From Orbicella franksi (taxonomy: Eukaryota): DNA of 64,000 nt. The stretch covers positions 23,188,001-23,252,000 of the forward strand of contig OZ116711.1 of the NCBI GenBank assembly GCA_964199315.1, given 5' to 3'. This document shows positions 62,310 through 64,000 of the stretch, piece by piece. Every line of letters begins with the position of its first letter. Position 1 is the first letter of the stretch. Under the pieces are notes generated by a model. That model was given only the letters and a program-made list of their open reading frames with translations. It was not told the origin of the DNA and ran no database searches. A program made the position numbers and the translations under genes.

Positions 62310-63011
62310 TTACTCCACAAAAACAGCAAATATCGACGCTTGTGCAAAAAGGTGATCGTTTCCGTACGACTCCTGCGCGAAATTATCAAAATGAGCATTC
62401 CATAAGCATCTGCTGGTGATATGAACACCTTGACCGAGCTGCTGACCAATCCAAACTACGCAAACTAACTTATACCTTTCCGCAGGCGCTTCTGCCTTCA
62501 CTTTCCTTTTAATCTCCTCGCTTATCTCAACAGATAACCTCTTGCTTTCTTCTGCAATGTACGACTTGCTTCTCAAGTGCCCTTCCAACACGTCACGAAT
62601 GATCACGCCCGCTTTTCCAGTCAAGAAGAAATTGTCGGGTTTCATTTTATATGTGTTTTCCATCATCGCTTTTTCCCCAAGATACAGAGAAGAGTTGTCG
62701 TCGACGGAATTTGCCGCAGCTAAATTAGAACTTGTAACCTTTGCAAGTGGCACTTCTGCGTGGTAATTCGGGATCACGCCTGAATTCTGACCATGGCCTA
62801 CTTTCCGTCCAACAGCCGGTGGAAAAGCGCGGTTAGCAAGCAATACAGTTCGAGCAACGGAGGCAAATTTACCTTTGATCTTATCCTTTTCGCCGGCTTG
62901 TTTTAAATCGTTGCTAGGTTCTCTTTGTCCTTTTTCTTGCGCGGTTAAAAAGAAAGTTGTTTTCTTTTGAGAAGTCTTCGACTGCAGTGAGCTCTTTCTT
63001 GAAGGTTCCAT
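62310..63011 (-). CDS. Second Tctex1-domain dynein light chain, 233 aa, convergent with the first
   Basis: First ATG at 63011 (the track start at 63089 is a TTG). Domain MENTYKMKP...RYKLVCVVWIGQ...SRCLWNAHFDN...FAQASIFAVFVE. Probable 5'UTR exon donor near 63558. Confidence 0.88.
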   Translation of the reverse strand: MEPSRKSSLQSKTSQKKTTFFLTAQEKGQREPSNDLKQAGEKDKIKGKFASVARTVLLANRAFPPAVGRKVGHGQNSGVIPNYHAEVPLAKVTSSNLAAANSVDDNSSLYLGEKAMMENTYKMKPDNFFLTGKAGVIIRDVLEGHLRSKSYIAEESKRLSVEISEEIKRKVKAEAPAERYKLVCVVWIGQQLGQGVHITSRCLWNAHFDNFAQESYGNDHLFAQASIFAVFVE

Positions 63012-63837
63012 TATAAAACAACCAGAGACAGAAAAATCAAAACCATTGTCTGTTTTTGGCAAACTTTGAGGTTTGAATACTGGTTCCAATTCGTGTGATT
63101 TATTATGTAAGCTACCTTTACTAAACAGCTTCTTTTGAACTCTTAAGTAGCTTCAATCAGCTCCCTTGAGAAAACTACAGAAAAATTGTTCATTATATAA
63201 TGCAAATCGTTTAAAAAGTTTGCATGTAAATTAACGAGAAAACAACGAAGCTGTTATGTTGTTTACCATTAGAGTTTGAGAATAATTGACTTATGTATTC
63301 GATACTAAAAACACATCAATGGTGCTTAATATAAACTGGCATTCAGTTCAAAGTGCGCCAATCAGTAATTGAGAGATGCATGTCCCAATTAAACGCTACG
63401 CTGCACAGAACTTAACAATGTTGGCATCGAACGATAGATCACAGTTTAGTTTCTACTGTATTTCTCAATTTGACGAATCCGTAAACAGCTAGCGGTTCGT
63501 TTCGAAGTCGTTCATATTTTATTCTGTTGAGGTGTTGATGGAGTGACTACTAGACTTACCACAAGTCGACCTTTTCGTAATCCTTGACTTACTAACCTCC
63601 CTCGAGCGAGGCGAGAGGGTAATCTTCGCGCGAAGAAGTCGAGAGAAACTAACAATGGAAATATTATTGGAAAGGACTTTTAGAAAGTATAAGTGACCAC
63701 CTGTACAGAAAGAAAGAAACAGACATTTACGCTAAACTAAGGTAATGGGGTCAGTTTCAATTCCAACAGAACGAAGAGTTTTGCTGTGAATCTTTGTTCG
63801 TTCATTAACACCCGATGTATCTGATGTTTTTTTTAAG

Positions 63838-63957
63838 TTCCTCGACTATAATGGACTTTACTTACATATCAATGATGTGAAGAATACTGAAGGATGTCTC
63901 TGGTGCGGGGCTATAGATTTCTCTCAATTTAATGACTGTTATCCAATCAGGGCTGGG
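63838..63957 (+). CDS. Candidate internal coding exon of an unidentified gene running off the window
   Basis: ttttttaag acceptor, 40 stop-free codons in phase 0 (FLDYNGLYLHINDVKNTEGCLWCGAIDFSQFNDCYPIRAG) and GGG|gtatgt donor. The other two frames are closed. Confidence 0.4.
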
Positions 63958-64000
63958 GTATGTGAATGTACCTAGAAATCAGCATCTTTTCTTCGTTCTA

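Noticed and set aside
60641-63089. Track N-terminal extensions of the Tctex1 ORFs (and of NIM1K at 30979)
   Set aside because: They begin at GTG or TTG codons, so the first ATG was used instead.
1-64000. CRISPR array, rRNA or tRNA genes, prokaryotic defence or operon systems, intact autonomous transposon
   Set aside because: The DNA is spliceosomal-intron eukaryotic, has no regularly spaced repeat-spacer array, and all LINE coding pieces are truncated or frameshifted. A tRNAscan-SE or Infernal run is needed to exclude small RNAs formally.

Overview
Intron-rich, AT-rich animal genomic DNA, most likely a stony coral or other anthozoan (inferred from gene content and repeat types). Eleven protein-coding genes were reconstructed by hand from GT-AG splice sites and phase matching: two tandem TSP1-repeat/vWA (coadhesin-like) paralogs (+; the first is 5'-partial, the second has a signal peptide), an EPHX3/4-type epoxide hydrolase (-), GTF2F1 (-), NIM1K (-), DYNC2LI1 (-), RWDD3 (+), an unidentified 410-aa coiled-coil protein (-), UGCG (+) and two convergent Tctex1-domain dynein light chains. 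Introns and intergenic DNA hold MITEs, a tRNA-derived SINE, L2/CR1-type LINE fragments and microsatellites. No rRNA, tRNA gene or CRISPR array was seen. Best leads: (1) the TSP1 exon array is a mosaic of near-identical core blocks shared within and between otherwise diverged paralogs, with a dead exon remnant and an extra Cys in four of eight repeats, suggesting exon-level conversion and birth-and-death diversification; (2) RFX X-box-like motifs sit near NIM1K, DYNC2LI1 and the Tctex1 genes, suggesting a ciliary neighbourhood; (3) a candidate 3-exon, 54-aa small-ORF gene runs divergently from GTF2F1; (4) uORFs overlap start codons in NIM1K and possibly GTF2F1. Gene names come from remembered family motifs, not database searches, and no transcript data support the exon models.
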